Source: Eledone cirrhosa (taxonomy: Eukaryota). Taken from it: a stretch of DNA of 64,000 bases. Under the pieces are notes generated by a model. It worked only from the letters and a program-made list of their open reading frames with translations, was not told the DNA's origin and ran no database searches. Position 1 is the stretch's first letter. Each line of letters opens with the position of its first letter. Below are positions 13,230 through 26,369 of this stretch, one piece after another. The position numbers and the translations under genes are program-made. The stretch is from NCBI GenBank assembly GCA_964016885.1, contig OZ024740.1, forward strand, positions 336,164,001 through 336,228,000. The letters are read 5' to 3'.

Positions 13230-13556
13230 TTACTTCTTCTTCCTCCTTTTCTTCTTTTTATTGCTGTTGTTGTTGCTGTAAAATAAATGTTGTCTTTAAC
13301 ACTGTCCTTGTTCTGCTATTATTGCTGTTGGTGTTGTTGTTGTTACTGTTGTTGTTACTGTTGTTGTTACTGTTGGTGTTGTTGTTGCTGTTGTTGCTGC
13401 TGTTGTTGTTACTGTTGTTGTTACTGTTGGTGTTGTTGTTGCTGTTGTTGCTGCTGTTGTTGTTACTGTTGTTGTTACTGTTGTTGTTATAGTTGTTATT
13501 ACAACTGTTATTGTTGCTGTTGTTATTGTTGTTGTTATCGTTGCTGTTATTGTTGT

Positions 13557-13591
<35 letters not shown>

Positions 13592-14030
13592 TTGTTGTTG
13601 TTGTTATTGATGTTGTTGTTGTTATAGTTGTTATTACAACTGTTATTGTTGTTGTTGTTATTGTTGTTGTTATCGTTGTTGTTATAGTTGTTGTTATTGC
13701 TGTTGATGCTGTTTTGTTGTTATTGTTATTGCTGTTGTTGTTATTGTTGTTGATGCTGTTGTTGTTGCTACTGTTGGTGTTGTTGTTGTTATTGCTGTTG
13801 TTGTTATAGTTGTTATTACAATTGTATGTGTTGCTGTTGTTGTTATTGTTGTTGCTATTGTTTTTTTTGTTATTATTATTGTTGTTACTGTTGTTGTTGC
13901 TGTTGTTGTTGTTATTGCTGTTGTTGTAGTTGTTATTACAATTGTATGGGTTGCTGTTGTTGTTATTGTTGTTGCTATTGTTGTTGTTGTTGTTATTGTT
14001 GTTACTGTTGTTGTTGCTGTTGTTGTGATT
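12690..14030. repeat. Compound trinucleotide microsatellite (GGT/AGT/CTT/ACT/GTT)
   Basis: Directly visible. Confidence 0.95.
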
Positions 14031-14425
14031 AATGCAGTTGCTACTTCTGATGGTGTTCCAAACTAACAAAGTCGTTAGAGCGTCAGATAGAATGAACACC
14101 ACGTGGTATTTGTTCCGGCTCTTTGCACTCTGAGTTCAAATCCCATCAAAGATCACATCCCTTTCATCTCGGCATCAATATATAAACTACCAATCGAATA
14201 TGAGGTTCGGTTATTTCCTCTTTCTCTGCTATTCTCTTTATCTCTCTCCTACTTACTCTCTCTCTCTCTTTCTCCCTTTTCTCTCCTACTTACTCTCTCT
14301 CTTTCTCCTTTTTCTCTCCTACTTACTTTCTCACTCCCTCTTTCTCCCTTTTCTCTCCTACTTACTTTCTCTCTCTCTATTTCTCCATTTTCTCTCTTAT
14401 TTACTCCCCCCCTCCTCTCTCTCTC

Positions 14426-14477
<52 letters not shown>

Positions 14478-14749
14478 GCTGTAATACAATGGTCCATCCC
14501 TGTTACATAATGTCACGCTGATTCAACATGAGAATCATATTATTGGTAAGTATTTCTATGGAATATGCAAACGCTTATGCGCTCTTTCCCATAGTTAGTC
14601 AAAAAGGTGAAGAATACTCTTTATCAACACCGACGTAGAATTCACCTGTTGCTGCTGTTTCTGTTGTTGTTCATGTTCTTGTTCGAGTTGTTGTCCATGT
14701 TCTTGGTTGTGTTGTTGCTACTGACTATGGGAAATCTTGGCTTAGTTGG

Positions 14750-15750
14750 GATGTCCAGAAAAGTTTATCTCAATGGTCCACAATGTCATGAAGGAATGTT
14801 TGCAAGTATGAAAAATAAACCATTCCAAGTAACCAACGGAGTAAAATGCTTCTCCTCTGTTATGCTTTCTGACACTTACAGAGACACTAAGCTAGGTGTA
14901 GGCATCAGATACACGAGACGGAATCGTCAATCTGAACAGACACAAGGGCAAAAGATATGTTAAGGAGAACATAGCACACGGTGTTTTGTTTGCTGATGAA
15001 CGTGACATGCAAGAAGGCTTGGGTTTATTTTCTCAAGCCTGTGGTCACACTATAAGTAGCAAGAAAACCTTAGTGAAGCACCAACCAGCCCCTGATACAT
15101 CCTACAAATAATCCTTCATGAGCATAAATGGAAAAAAACTAGCAGCTGTTTGCAAATTCCTTTACTTAGATAGCACTCTCTAAAACTGCGAATTTAAATG
15201 AAGTAGAGTGCAGGATCTCCAGAGCTAGCTCTGCGTTTGTCAGAGACAAGGAAAAGGCATAAAATAGAAAAGGTGTCAGTATCAAGACTAAGTTACAAGT
15301 CTACAAAGCTGTCGTCCTTTCCTCTCTCTTCTATGGTATTGGGGACTGGACAATCTACAGTTGACATGCCAGGAGGCTCAATTCAATCCACATGAGATGC
15401 TTGAGGAAAATTATGAGAGACAAGTAAGAAGATAAAATTAAAAAGTATTCACGGCATCCTCAAACGTTCTCACTTGAGATGGCCAGATCATTTGTTCCGC
15501 ATGAATGAAAACCACCTTCCAAAGAATCTCTTTTATTTAGAATTCCAAAAGGAAAAGATATTTTTAGAGAACACCACGGAAACACTACAAGTACTCTGTG
15601 AAAGAAAGTCTCAAAGATGCGAAATTCAACATGATCTGTGGGACCTTATATCTCAGGATAGATTTCTATGAAGTACTCTTATTCGTTCCGGGGTCAACAG
15701 CTACAAAATGTAGGAACGGAAAAAGGAAAGTGGAAAACGAAAAGCTGCAA
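14750..15750 (+). mobile_element. Highly decayed RTE LINE fragment (RT and C-terminus)
   Basis: Remnant motifs PFQVTNGVK, LFADE, KFLYLDSTL, TKLQVYKAVVLSSLFYG and LRWPDHLFRMNENHLPKNLFY. Confidence 0.75.
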
Positions 15751-15809
15751 CTTCAAGCCATTAAATTGTCTCATAGCCCAGTATTCCCTGCCTTCATTGC
15801 CCTAGGCTA

Positions 15810-16150
15810 TTCTGAGTTCAAATCCCGCCGAGGTTAACTTTGCCTTTCATCCTTACGGGTTCAATAAAATATAGTACCAGTAACGCACTGGAATCGATTT
15901 AATCGACTTTCACCTCTCCAAAATTGTTGGCGTTGTGTCTAAATCAGAAACCATTATTATATAATTGTTTCTACTTTTGGCACAAGGCCAGCAATTATCC
16001 CAGTGTATTACTGGTACTTTATTTTATCGACCCCGTAAGGATGAAAGGCAAAGTTAACCTCGGTGGGATTTGAACTCAAAACATAAAGGGCCGTAACTCT
16101 TTGCTGCAAAGTATTGCGTCCGACCCTCTGCCGATACTGCCAATCCACCG
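15810..16150. mobile_element. Two family A SINE copies, tail-to-tail
   Basis: Plus copy at 15810-15960 and minus copy at 15962-16150 carry the same core. Confidence 0.85.
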
Positions 16151-16859
16151 ATATATAATGTCTGATGTTTGCATTTAATTTTCCTTGTAATTCTGTCTAC
16201 ACATATTAACATACTAAATATATATACAGTTTATACATTTATATATACAATTTTTCAATTAATTTTTATATTTTCTGTCTACACATTCAAATATATTTCC
16301 TGGTGTGTGTTTGTATGTATGAATGTTTGTATGAATGTATGTATATATGTAGGCAGGTACGCATTATGTATGTGTGTATAAATGTATATGCGAATAGAGA
16401 TACTACTACACCTCACTCTCTTTATACATACACCACACACACATACACCCACACACATACACACACATAAACACACACACACATGCATACACACACTCTA
16501 TTATACTCACACACACATACGTATGCACACATGTATATATCGCTAACACAAGGAAGAATCCCCACAAGGATAAATATAATATGCTAAGTGCGCTGTTAGA
16601 AAAAAAGCATTGAAAACATTAAAATGTTAGAATCAATTCGGTGTTTAGTTTGCTTCGTTATTTACATATTTCCTTGTTCGTTTTAAGTAGTATTTCCATT
16701 ATTTATTAAATCTTTAATCGTGTTGTCTTTTGTTAAAATAATAATGGATTAAACTCACTTTGCTATTATAAAGAGTAATTCTTTAGACTAAATTAGAAAC
16801 ATCAAATACGATGAGAATCAATAACGATTCTTGAAAGAAATATGAAAACAGGAATTAAA

Positions 16860-16938
16860 TATATGTACGTATATATGTGCGTATATGTATGCACATATGT
16901 TTATTTATATACATATATGTTTGTATGTATATATATAC

Positions 16939-17021
<83 letters not shown>

Positions 17022-17056
17022 CATACAAACATATATGTATGTATATATATATATAA

Positions 17057-17129
<73 letters not shown>

Positions 17130-17165
17130 CAAACATATATTTATGTATATATATATATATATATG
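16860..17165. repeat. (TA)n microsatellite
   Basis: Directly visible. Confidence 0.95.
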
Positions 17166-17984
17166 TGGGGGGGGGGGGGGGTAGTAATAAAAAAAAACTT
17201 TAAAATATTATCTCAGACGGTTTCTGTCGATTTAGTGAAATGTAAAAAACATTATGTGTGGGTGTTTATACAAACAAAAATGTATATATATATGTGTGTG
17301 CGTGTCTCTGTGTGTCTGTGTATGTATGTATGTGTATGTGTGTGTGTGTAAGTGGGTGTGTGTTTTAAGTTAATGTTGTATATATATTTTTTATAGATCT
17401 TGTTATTGCTGATATTTTTTCAATCTATACTCTTGAGTGCTCTTTTAATTATTTCTTTATTTGCTCGTTTGTTTGTTGTTTCTGCTTTGTGTTTTGGGGT
17501 GGGGTAAAATTCTTGTTTTAGATAAATCGAAAGAGAAAGTACATCTCTATATCCTCTTTAGAAGAACTGCTTGATGGCAACATCTGGAAGTTTAATTAGG
17601 TAGGATTACAAGCAAATAAAAATACTTCTTCAATCTGAAAGTAACTTGTGACTCAATGACTTAGTGAAATCAACATTTAATTATATATATATATTTTTTT
17701 TTTCTTTATAATAATGTGTTATGGGACTACTATCTTCATGTAACGATAGTTCTTGGCTTTTAATCTTAATCTGTCTATCTGTTTGTTTTTCTACCCACCA
17801 ACTTATGTAACCTTGCATTAATATCAACTAACCTATTTCTTAAGCGTTTATCTACCTACACAGATGATTATCTGAGATGTTTACGTCTATGATTGAGCAA
17901 ATCTAGTGTCAGCTCCAAGGATGGAGAGTTCAAGCTGTTAAATCAATGTAACTAGGCATTGTGTTATGGTATATGAGGGGGAAG

Positions 17985-18305
17985 ACGGCGAATTAGCAGA
18001 GTCGTTAGAACATCGGATAGAATGATTTATGTTATTCGTTCCGGCTCTCAGCTCTCGGAGTTCAAATCCCACCGAGGTCAACTTTGCCTTTCATCCTTTC
18101 GAGGTCGATAAAAAGAAGTACTAGTCCAGTGCTGGGGTCTATTCTTCTTCTAAATCTCTTTATCGTGTTCTCTCTCTCACTTTCTATCTTTCTCTGGAAG
18201 AAATATGCTGTACTCAGGGCTTCGCCAGTCTTAAAATTCCCAAGGAACGCCGTATGTCATACGGAGCCCCTAGGACTTTACCAGGAGTTACGGGACCATA
18301 CCATA
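17985..18305 (+). mobile_element. Family A SINE variant with an alternative 3' tail
   Basis: Same head and core; the tail is shared with 54505-54680 and 56070-56180. Confidence 0.8.
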
Positions 18306-19095
18306 CCATATGAGAGGGAACATTTCACAGACTTGTTGTACATGTAACGTAATCCTCGGGAGAAATCAGTGTTACACTGAATCGATCAAGGCAGTCTTTG
18401 AATTACTGGCAGAGTTCTTATATCATAATGTAAGTAACTGAATATTTAACAGACATTTGTGCCTTTAATAAAGGAACCAGAGAGAAAACAATGGGACACG
18501 GCGTGTGACAACACAAAACCTTGAGTTTCAGGTACAGCCCGCATTATATTATACTGTGTGGTTGGGTATTCAACAGACATCTGTACTCTTAACTTAATCC
18601 TTGGAGGCAACCAATACAAATCAGTTTGACAAAAGAAATCCTTTGATTTAAAGGTACAGTTCGTATTGTAAGTACAGTGTAAGTGTAAGTGCCTACATAT
18701 TCAAAAACGAGTTGTCCCATTAAGATAATCTTCGGGAATATTCAGTGAGACATATTGTAGGACAAGGCCAGCCCTTTGAATTATAGATACAATCGATTCT
18801 ACGGGCTTCTACACAGCTTCCATCTACAGATTTAACACCCACATTGTCTCATTCAAATATATTTACCATTTCATGCATCCACATGAGAATTCGCTCACCT
18901 ACGGACATATATAGCAATAGGTTATGTTAGAGATACATGCTTTCATTTTTATTTACATTTCCTATCATGAAGATAGTAGGCTAATTATGGCCCACACACT
19001 ATATATATATATGTATGTGTGTCAGTATGTGTGTGTGTGTGTCCGTGTGTGTGCGTCGTGCGCGCTTATGTTTATGCATACGAATGTATGTTTGC

Positions 19096-19135
<40 letters not shown>

Positions 19136-19348
19136 TTAGACTCACACACACACACATATATATATATATATAAACGGAAAAAATGAAACGAAATTTCATT
19201 TCGGGATGTTTGTTTACAAACATCCCGAGCATTATAATAAATGTTCGGTAAATCCATACGTACATATATATATGTGTGCATGTATGTATATATATATATA
19301 TACATACTACTGTACATCTGTATACATATATGTATGTACGTATACATA

Positions 19349-19411
<63 letters not shown>

Positions 19412-19520
19412 AGATAAGCAGAACAAGTAAAATTCAACCAATTTTTCAAAATAAATCAAAATTAATATACAATTAAAATTAATCAAAATTAAAAAATATA
19501 ATATAAATATTTACCTATTC

Positions 19521-19610
19521 AAATGGCCCTAACTGTACAGTTTCACGGTGCAAAACATTAAATATCACGAGGATATTAATGGAAAAGCAACGATCATCAG
19601 AGAAGCATTT
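19521..19610 (-). ncRNA. Hammerhead motif with a long stem II
   Basis: aaatgcttct-CTGATGA-long imperfect hairpin-GAAA-ctgtacag-TT-agggccattt. Confidence 0.7.
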
Positions 19611-19989
19611 TCCTGTCCTAGGGTTAAAAACCCCAGGAACGACAAAATATATGACCTCACTCCAACTAATACAGGTCTAAAAGTTCGTGAAAGTGACCCG
19701 TAAATACATTGGTGTATAGTGAAGGCGGGAAATCGTAGACTAGCCGTCTATAATCGCTACTAAAAAAGATTTTTAGCAACTAAATAGATCGACGAAGATT
19801 TATCTCTACATACTGGAGATTATTGAATAAGGTTAATATATATCTGAGGGTACAATGTACCCCCAGAAATATATAGTGTGTCTATGATTTAAGGTGGTTC
19901 TATGGTAATAATTTGATATACCAGAACTTAATATCAAGATAAGCAGAACAAGTAAAATTCAACCAATTTTTCAAAATAAATCAAAATTA

Positions 19990-20026
<37 letters not shown>

Positions 20027-20106
20027 GGTAAACATTGATGCAATTCAAGGACTTGAACATCTGAAACTACTTCGCTTTTCCTTATTCTATATATATATAT
20101 ATATAT

Positions 20107-23100
20107 GTCCTGGGTATGACATTAAACTACATCCAGTGGCAAGGCTCCAGTTCGGGAGTTCATGAGATGTGGGGAATGTGGAGTTACCCCTTAGTTGTCA
20201 TGACTCCCAGGTCTGCCCTGGCCCGGGGTGGTAGTACCTGTTAGGGCTCCATTTATGGGTTAAATAACTACCTTATTCGAGTGGCGCCGGTAAGGTATTG
20301 TCAGCCATTGAAAAGAAATATGGAGAGTCGATCTAGCAGCACTAGGGTTAGAGCCCCTAATTACACTGTCAAGGAGCAGCCTGGTCGTTATGACTCTGCT
20401 GGCTTAGAGCCACAGAGAGGGCCAGTGGATGATGGATCAGCTGTCTCTGAGACAAATATAAAGAATGCAGTTTTGTCCTGCAGAAGAGCCATCAAAATGG
20501 GCACTTTGAATGTGAGGACTATTCGAACGCTGGAGAAGAGAGAGGAGTTGGGACATCTGTTCGAGGAGAGTGGTATACAGATACTTGCGATCCAAGAACA
20601 CAGGATTCTACACGATGAGCCCGTGAGGAGTGTGATGATCGGGAGGAAGAGCCAGCTCATCACTACATCGGCAGTGAAGAACACAACAAATGCTGCAGTA
20701 GGAGGAGTGGGTTTTGTGTTCAGTGCAAAAACCAATCTGTTGGTGAGGGAAATAATGCCTATCTCCCCGCGAGTGTTGAGGGTGACCTTCAATGTAAACC
20801 CAAGACTGACAGTCATCTCAGCCTATAGTCCAACCGAGGGGGACAGTGATGTGAATGCCGAGGAGTTCCATGAGGAGGTGTGTAGAGCTATCAACACCAC
20901 TCAGGCACACAATATCCTGCTTGTTTTGGGGGACTTCAATGCACATCTGAGTAAGGAGGGCAGTGAAGATCCTTGCTGGTACTTCCATAACAACACCAAC
21001 CGAAATGGAAGACTACTGAGAGACACCCTGCTGGAGGCGAACTTGATGGCGACCAACCTAAGGTTTAGGAAGAATCTGGGGAAGATGTGGACCTACATCT
21101 CAGATATGCACCTGTCCAAGTCCCAGATTGATTTCATTCTGGTGAGGAAAAAGTGGCGGAATAGTGTTCTGAACACGGAACCATACAGCTATTTCAGTAC
21201 ACTGGGTAGTGACCACCGGCTTGTTATGAGTGAGGTCCGCGTGAGCTTAAGAAAGAGCAAGGAGAACAATCTATGACTGGGGAGATTTCAAGGAAGATGA
21301 TAAGCTACAGGAGAGGTTCACAGTGGAAGTGAGAAACAGGTTTAGTGCTCTGTGTGGAGAGTCAGAGGAGAGAGAGATTGGATGGACTGAGGAGAGTGTG
21401 ACGAGGAGGTACGGGCACTTCACCAATGCAGTGGCGAAAGCAAGTGAAACCCTGGTGCCGAGGAAAAAGAACAAAGGGAAGCACGTCAGCTCTGCAAACC
21501 CAAAAGTGTGTGCAGCCAGAGAACACCTGAAAGCTGCCAGGGACCAATTCTATGCTGATCCTACGGAGGAGAGGATGGAGACTGTGGAGGTGATGAGGGA
21601 AGAGCTCTGTACCGCTTACACTGAGGTCAGAGAGGAGGCACTGATAGAGAAGATCAGAAGTGTGGAGAGAGCGGTTGACAGATCTGGATGTAAGGAGAGC
21701 TGGATGATCATCAACGAGATCACAGGGAGGAAGAAAAGGTGTTCGAGTCAGATCCAGGGAACGGGGCCCGAGGATAGGAAGAGGAAATGGCTAGACCATT
21801 TTAGGACCCTACTAGGAGAGCCACCCTCCACAGCCCAGAGCACTGGGGAGATCAGGCGGCTGTTTGAGGAACTGGATGTTGAGACAGAGCCCTTCACCAG
21901 AGAGGAGCTTCAGAGAGCCAAGAAGAAGATCAAGGAGGGCAAGGCTCATGGAGAAGATGGAGTGGCATCAGAGGTGATGAAGAGGTGTGATTTTGATGAT
22001 ATCATCCTGGGGTTCTGTAACGGGGCACTGGAGAAAGGAGTTGCCCCGAATCAGTGGAGGATCAGTAACATCATCCCAGTGCCAAAGAAGGGAGATCTCT
22101 CTAACACCAACAACTACCGGGGGATCTCACTGACGTCACTTGTGGCAAAGACCCTCAACAGGATGATTCTTAACAGGATCCAGCCTGAGATGGAGAAGAA
22201 GCTCAGGGACAACCAAAACGGCTTCAGAGAGGGTAGATCAACCACCAGTCACATCCTGATGCTGAGGAGGATATTAGAGGGAGCTAGAGCAAAGTGCCTT
22301 CCTGCGGTCATGGTTTTCATTGACTTTAGGAAGGCCTTTGATTCTGTGGACCGTTACTGCCTGATAAAGATCTTACAGGCTTATGGAATCCCCAAGAGGA
22401 TAGTGGACCGGATATCACTGCTCAACACCAACACCAAAGCCCAAGTCATTACACCTGATGGGATGACAGAGTTCTTTGAGATACTGGCTGGAGTGCTCCA
22501 GGGAGATACATTGGCTCCCTACCTTTTTATCATCGTAGTGGACTATTGTATGCGCCTTGCACTGGAGAAACACCAGGACACTGGCTTTACTGTAGCACCG
22601 GCTCAGAGCAGGAGAGTTGGGGCGAAAAAGGTATCGGATGCTGAATTTGCCGACGACATAGTTTTGGTGACAAATACAGTGAAGGAGGCACAGGATTTGA
22701 TGCGGGAGGTTGAGACTGTGTCGATGAGTGTGAGGCTGAGAATGAATGAGACTAAAACAAAATATCTGGTAGAGAATGTTGAGAAGCCAGAGGGGATCAC
22801 TAATGTAGGCGGGAAGCCGCATGTCACAGCTTGAGATCGGTGTGGAAGTCGGACCTTCGTAGAGACCTGAAAATCCGCCTCTTCATTGCTGTAGTGGAGT
22901 CTGTGCTGCTGTATGGGTCTGAGACATGGACACTGACCAAGAGACTCACTCAGATGGTGGATGGGTGCTACACGAGAATGCTGAGGATGGCTCTGAACAT
23001 TAATCAGTATACACTGAGGATGAAAAACTCAGAGCTGTATGGGAGCATCCCAAAAGTCAGCTCAAAAGTGACACAGAGGAGACTGAGGTTGGCTGGACAT

Positions 23101-23330
23101 GCTCACCGACATCCAGAGTTGACATTGCACTCAGTGCTCCTTTGGGAGCCCCTACATGGACACACTAGAAGAGGAAGACCAAGGTTAACATATGTTGATG
23201 CCCTAAGGACAGACACTGGTCTGTTGGAGATGCAGGATATGGCAGCGATAATGAGGGACAGAGACCGCTGGAGAGAACTCGTCCATGGATCTCGGGAATT
23301 TTACCCGCCTTAGATAGATAGATATATATA
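20107..23330 (+). mobile_element. Near full-length RTE-clade LINE inserted in (TA)n, with a (TAGA)n tail
   Basis: GC-rich leader, then a single APE-RT ORF broken at ~21270 and ~22830. The stop codon runs straight into tagatagata, and (TA)n flanks both sides. Confidence 0.9.
20281..23313 (+). pseudogene. RTE APE-RT polyprotein in three fragments
   Basis: GTLNVRT, IQEHR, LGDFNA, IDFIL, SDHR; NYRGISL, IDFRKAFDS, GVLQGDTLAP, EFADD; ESVLLYGSETW. Confidence 0.92.
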
Positions 23331-23341
23331 TATATATATAT

Positions 23342-23400
<59 letters not shown>

Positions 23401-23445
23401 TACATATATAATATAAGATCAAAAGATGGTTAAAAGAGTTCCAAG

Positions 23446-23516
23446 TATTTTATTATGCGCATTTCAAAAACAAATATCATCATGGGATGATATATGCGTT
23501 CTCATCAGATAAATAT
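23446..23516 (-). ncRNA. Hammerhead in the Penelope 3' pLTR
   Basis: tttat-CTGATGA-...atatcatc/gatgatat...-GAAA-tgcgca-TA-ataaa. Confidence 0.8.
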
Positions 23517-24098
23517 GTGCGAAAAAACGAATTTATTAATATGTATTATTAAAATAAAAATATTAAGGATATTAAGGATATAATATGAAAGAAGGAGAGA
23601 TTGAATGAATTATGAACTTAGAGGAATTAGTTAGGGTTTAAGTTTGTTTTTATGTATTGTAATATGTAAAAGTAAATAATAGGTTTAATGCGAGTACGGA
23701 AGGAGAGAAGAAAGAAGAAATTTTAAGGAAGAAAAAATATCTAACGTTAAAAAGTATATATGTTTACAAAATTTTCTAATGGTAATATTATTATATATTA
23801 AAAAAGATATAGTTTCTATTGCCAATAATATAAGGAAAAATGGAAAAATGGAAAATGCCATATGAATTAAGAAGTAATTGAGAAGTAAAAGTTACAGATT
23901 AAAGATTAGAAATTAAAAAAGAAAAAAGGAAGAAAGGAAAAAGGATAAAAAGAAGAAAGATAGGGCACCTCTAACAACATAGAATGAGTAAATTGTATAA
24001 TATAATATATTGAAATAAGGTAGAAAGATGGGTATATTTGTAAAAGATATAAAAGCCTTTGAGAAAAGAAGATTTTAAACTAATTAGGTATTGAGATA

Positions 24099-24560
24099 TT
24101 AGCTGTATACTTTATGGAAAGTTCTATGGGATTTATGCAAGCAGAGCGAAAATAAATCCGTACGTCTATTTATTATAGAATCAAAATTAGATATAATGGT
24201 AAATTTCTCGGCTAGGCAGAGATTACATGTTCTGGATAGGGAAGAATTTCCGTAAGGAAAGGCGTTGCAAACCTTCCTCCAAGAGATGTTATAGTTAATA
24301 TTTTTGTCTTTTAAGGACCATATGAGTTCCGAGAGTGCCGTGTTAGTTCTTTTAAGTTGGTATTTAAAAGACGATTTGTGATTATAAAATCTTGCTTTAA
24401 AGGAAGTGGAAATGGAACCGAAATAGGTAAAAGAATTAGTACCAGTTATAACCTTACATTCATACACTAAGTTTTTATCAAGAGATTGGTTATTAAGAGG
24501 ACATTTAGTTCTAACAGGGCAATTACAATTACGATTAGAGAAATTAACAGTTATTAACAA
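24099..24560 (-). pseudogene. GIY-YIG endonuclease domain of the Penelope-like element
   Basis: CNC...CPL, LVY-x11-YFG, FKARFYNHKSSF, CNLCLAEK, NRRTDLFSLCLH. Confidence 0.88.
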
Positions 24561-24767
24561 GTGACCTAGTATTATTTATAGAAGGAATTGGATTGGAGAA
24601 GTTATTTACGATAGGAACTATAGTTTCCTGATTTAGATTGGTGTTATGAACATTCATCGAAGTTACGTTTAACGTCGTATTTAAATTTACTGAATCTAGC
24701 CTAGAGTTAACATTGACGTCGGGATTACTATTGCTATTATTATGACGTATAGAGTTACGGCCCTTGC

Positions 24768-24893
24768 CATTCTGAGTTCAAATCCCGCCGAGGTTAACTT
24801 TGCCTTTCATCCTTACGGGGTCGATAAAATAAAGTACCAGTAATGCACTGGGTAATTTGCTGGCCTTGTGCCTAACGTAGAAACAATTATTAT
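24768..24893 (+). mobile_element. 5'-truncated family A SINE nested in the Penelope element
   Basis: B-box, core and tail are present; attatgacg occurs on both sides. Confidence 0.85.
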
Positions 24894-26042
24894 GACGCTC
24901 AGGGTTGGATGGATATAATTTATTATTTAATATTTTATTATTGTGTTTAGAGATAATGTTAGAGATGTTGGAAGTGGTGGAATAAGAGAATTTGATTGTA
25001 TGTTTGTTAAAGATCTTACTATAGATATGCGAGGGAGGGGAGCATTTATCTAAGGCCCTAAAGAATAGTTTAGGAATATTATTAGTAATAGATAGAGAAA
25101 AAGGAGCATTATACCAAATTATATTTTTCTATCTAGGTCTTTTATTTAAGTTATTGGAATGTTTATAATTAATTATTTTACTATAAGTCCCTCGATGATT
25201 GGTTTCTTTACTGTATTTAATTTTATCAGGATAACCGGCTTTGGAACGCGCATTATTATAGTAATTGGCATTAGCGTCGAAGATAACTTTATTAGAGAAT
25301 AGATTTGAGATTCTTCTTTCAATATTACTGACTATAGCATTTTTAGCGTTAGTGGGGTGGTTAGATTTAAAATTAACATAATTTAGATTCTTATTGTCTT
25401 TATGGTAAGGGAAATATAGGCCAGTGTCAAGATTAAGGGATATATCCAGGAAGTTAGCTAGTTTGACGTTGACCTATTATTTACTTTTACATATTACAAT
25501 ACATAAAAACAAACTTAAACCTTAACTAATTCCTCTAATTTCATAATTCATTCAATCTCTCCTTCTTTCATATTATATCCTTAATATCCTTAATATTTTT
25601 ATTTTAATAATACATATTAATAAATTCTTTTTTTCGCACATATTATTAAACCCTTCAATATATAAACCTTAAATAAATTAATTCCTTTTTCTTTATTCAT
25701 AAACATCACCATTCATAAACCTCATTAACTTTTAATTTCAAATTCTTTTTAAATTATTCATTATCTTTCAACGGTTTTTTTAATTTCTCTCTGTGAGACA
25801 ATGTTTTCTCAGTTGTAAAGGCTATTTCTCTCTCTCTATCACTCATTTCTCCTCCTCTCTCACCCTTCCTTCTTATACTCTTCCCCCGTCATCCTTTATT
25901 TTCTTTCTTCCTCTTCCTTACTTTTTCCAAACCCCCCTCCTTTTTTTCCAAATCTCATATATCCATCTTACTTTATTTTTCATATGTTGATTTTACATTT
26001 CACTGCTCGCAAGTGTTTTTTAAACTTCATATCATGTCTCCC

Positions 26043-26113
26043 TATTTTATCTGATGAGAACGCAAATATCATCCCAAGATGATATTTGTTTTTGAAATGC
26101 GCATAATAAAATA
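26043..26113 (+). ncRNA. Hammerhead in the inverted Penelope pLTR
   Basis: tattttat-CTGATGA-gaacgcaaatatcatc/gatgatatttgttttt-GAAA-tgcgca-TA-ataaaata. Confidence 0.85.
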
Positions 26114-26248
26114 CTTGGAACTCTTTAACCATCTTATGATCTTATATTATTTATACTCCAGTCCTATAAACTGTGGAGTGCTACTTATCCGATATTTGCA
26201 TTGCTTTATTGTGCTACAATAAAACTCACCTCCTATATATATATATAT

Positions 26249-26369
<121 letters not shown>

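Larger units (their letters stand above)
23410..26145 (-). mobile_element. Penelope-like element (probably Naiad-type), 5'-truncated, with an inverted copy of its 3' pLTR
   Basis: RT thumb remnant at ~25200-25470 (FLDISLNLDTGLYFPYHK...SNHP) and GIY-YIG at 24099-24560. 25477-25645 and 26040-26145 are reverse complements of 23410-23672. Confidence 0.88.
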
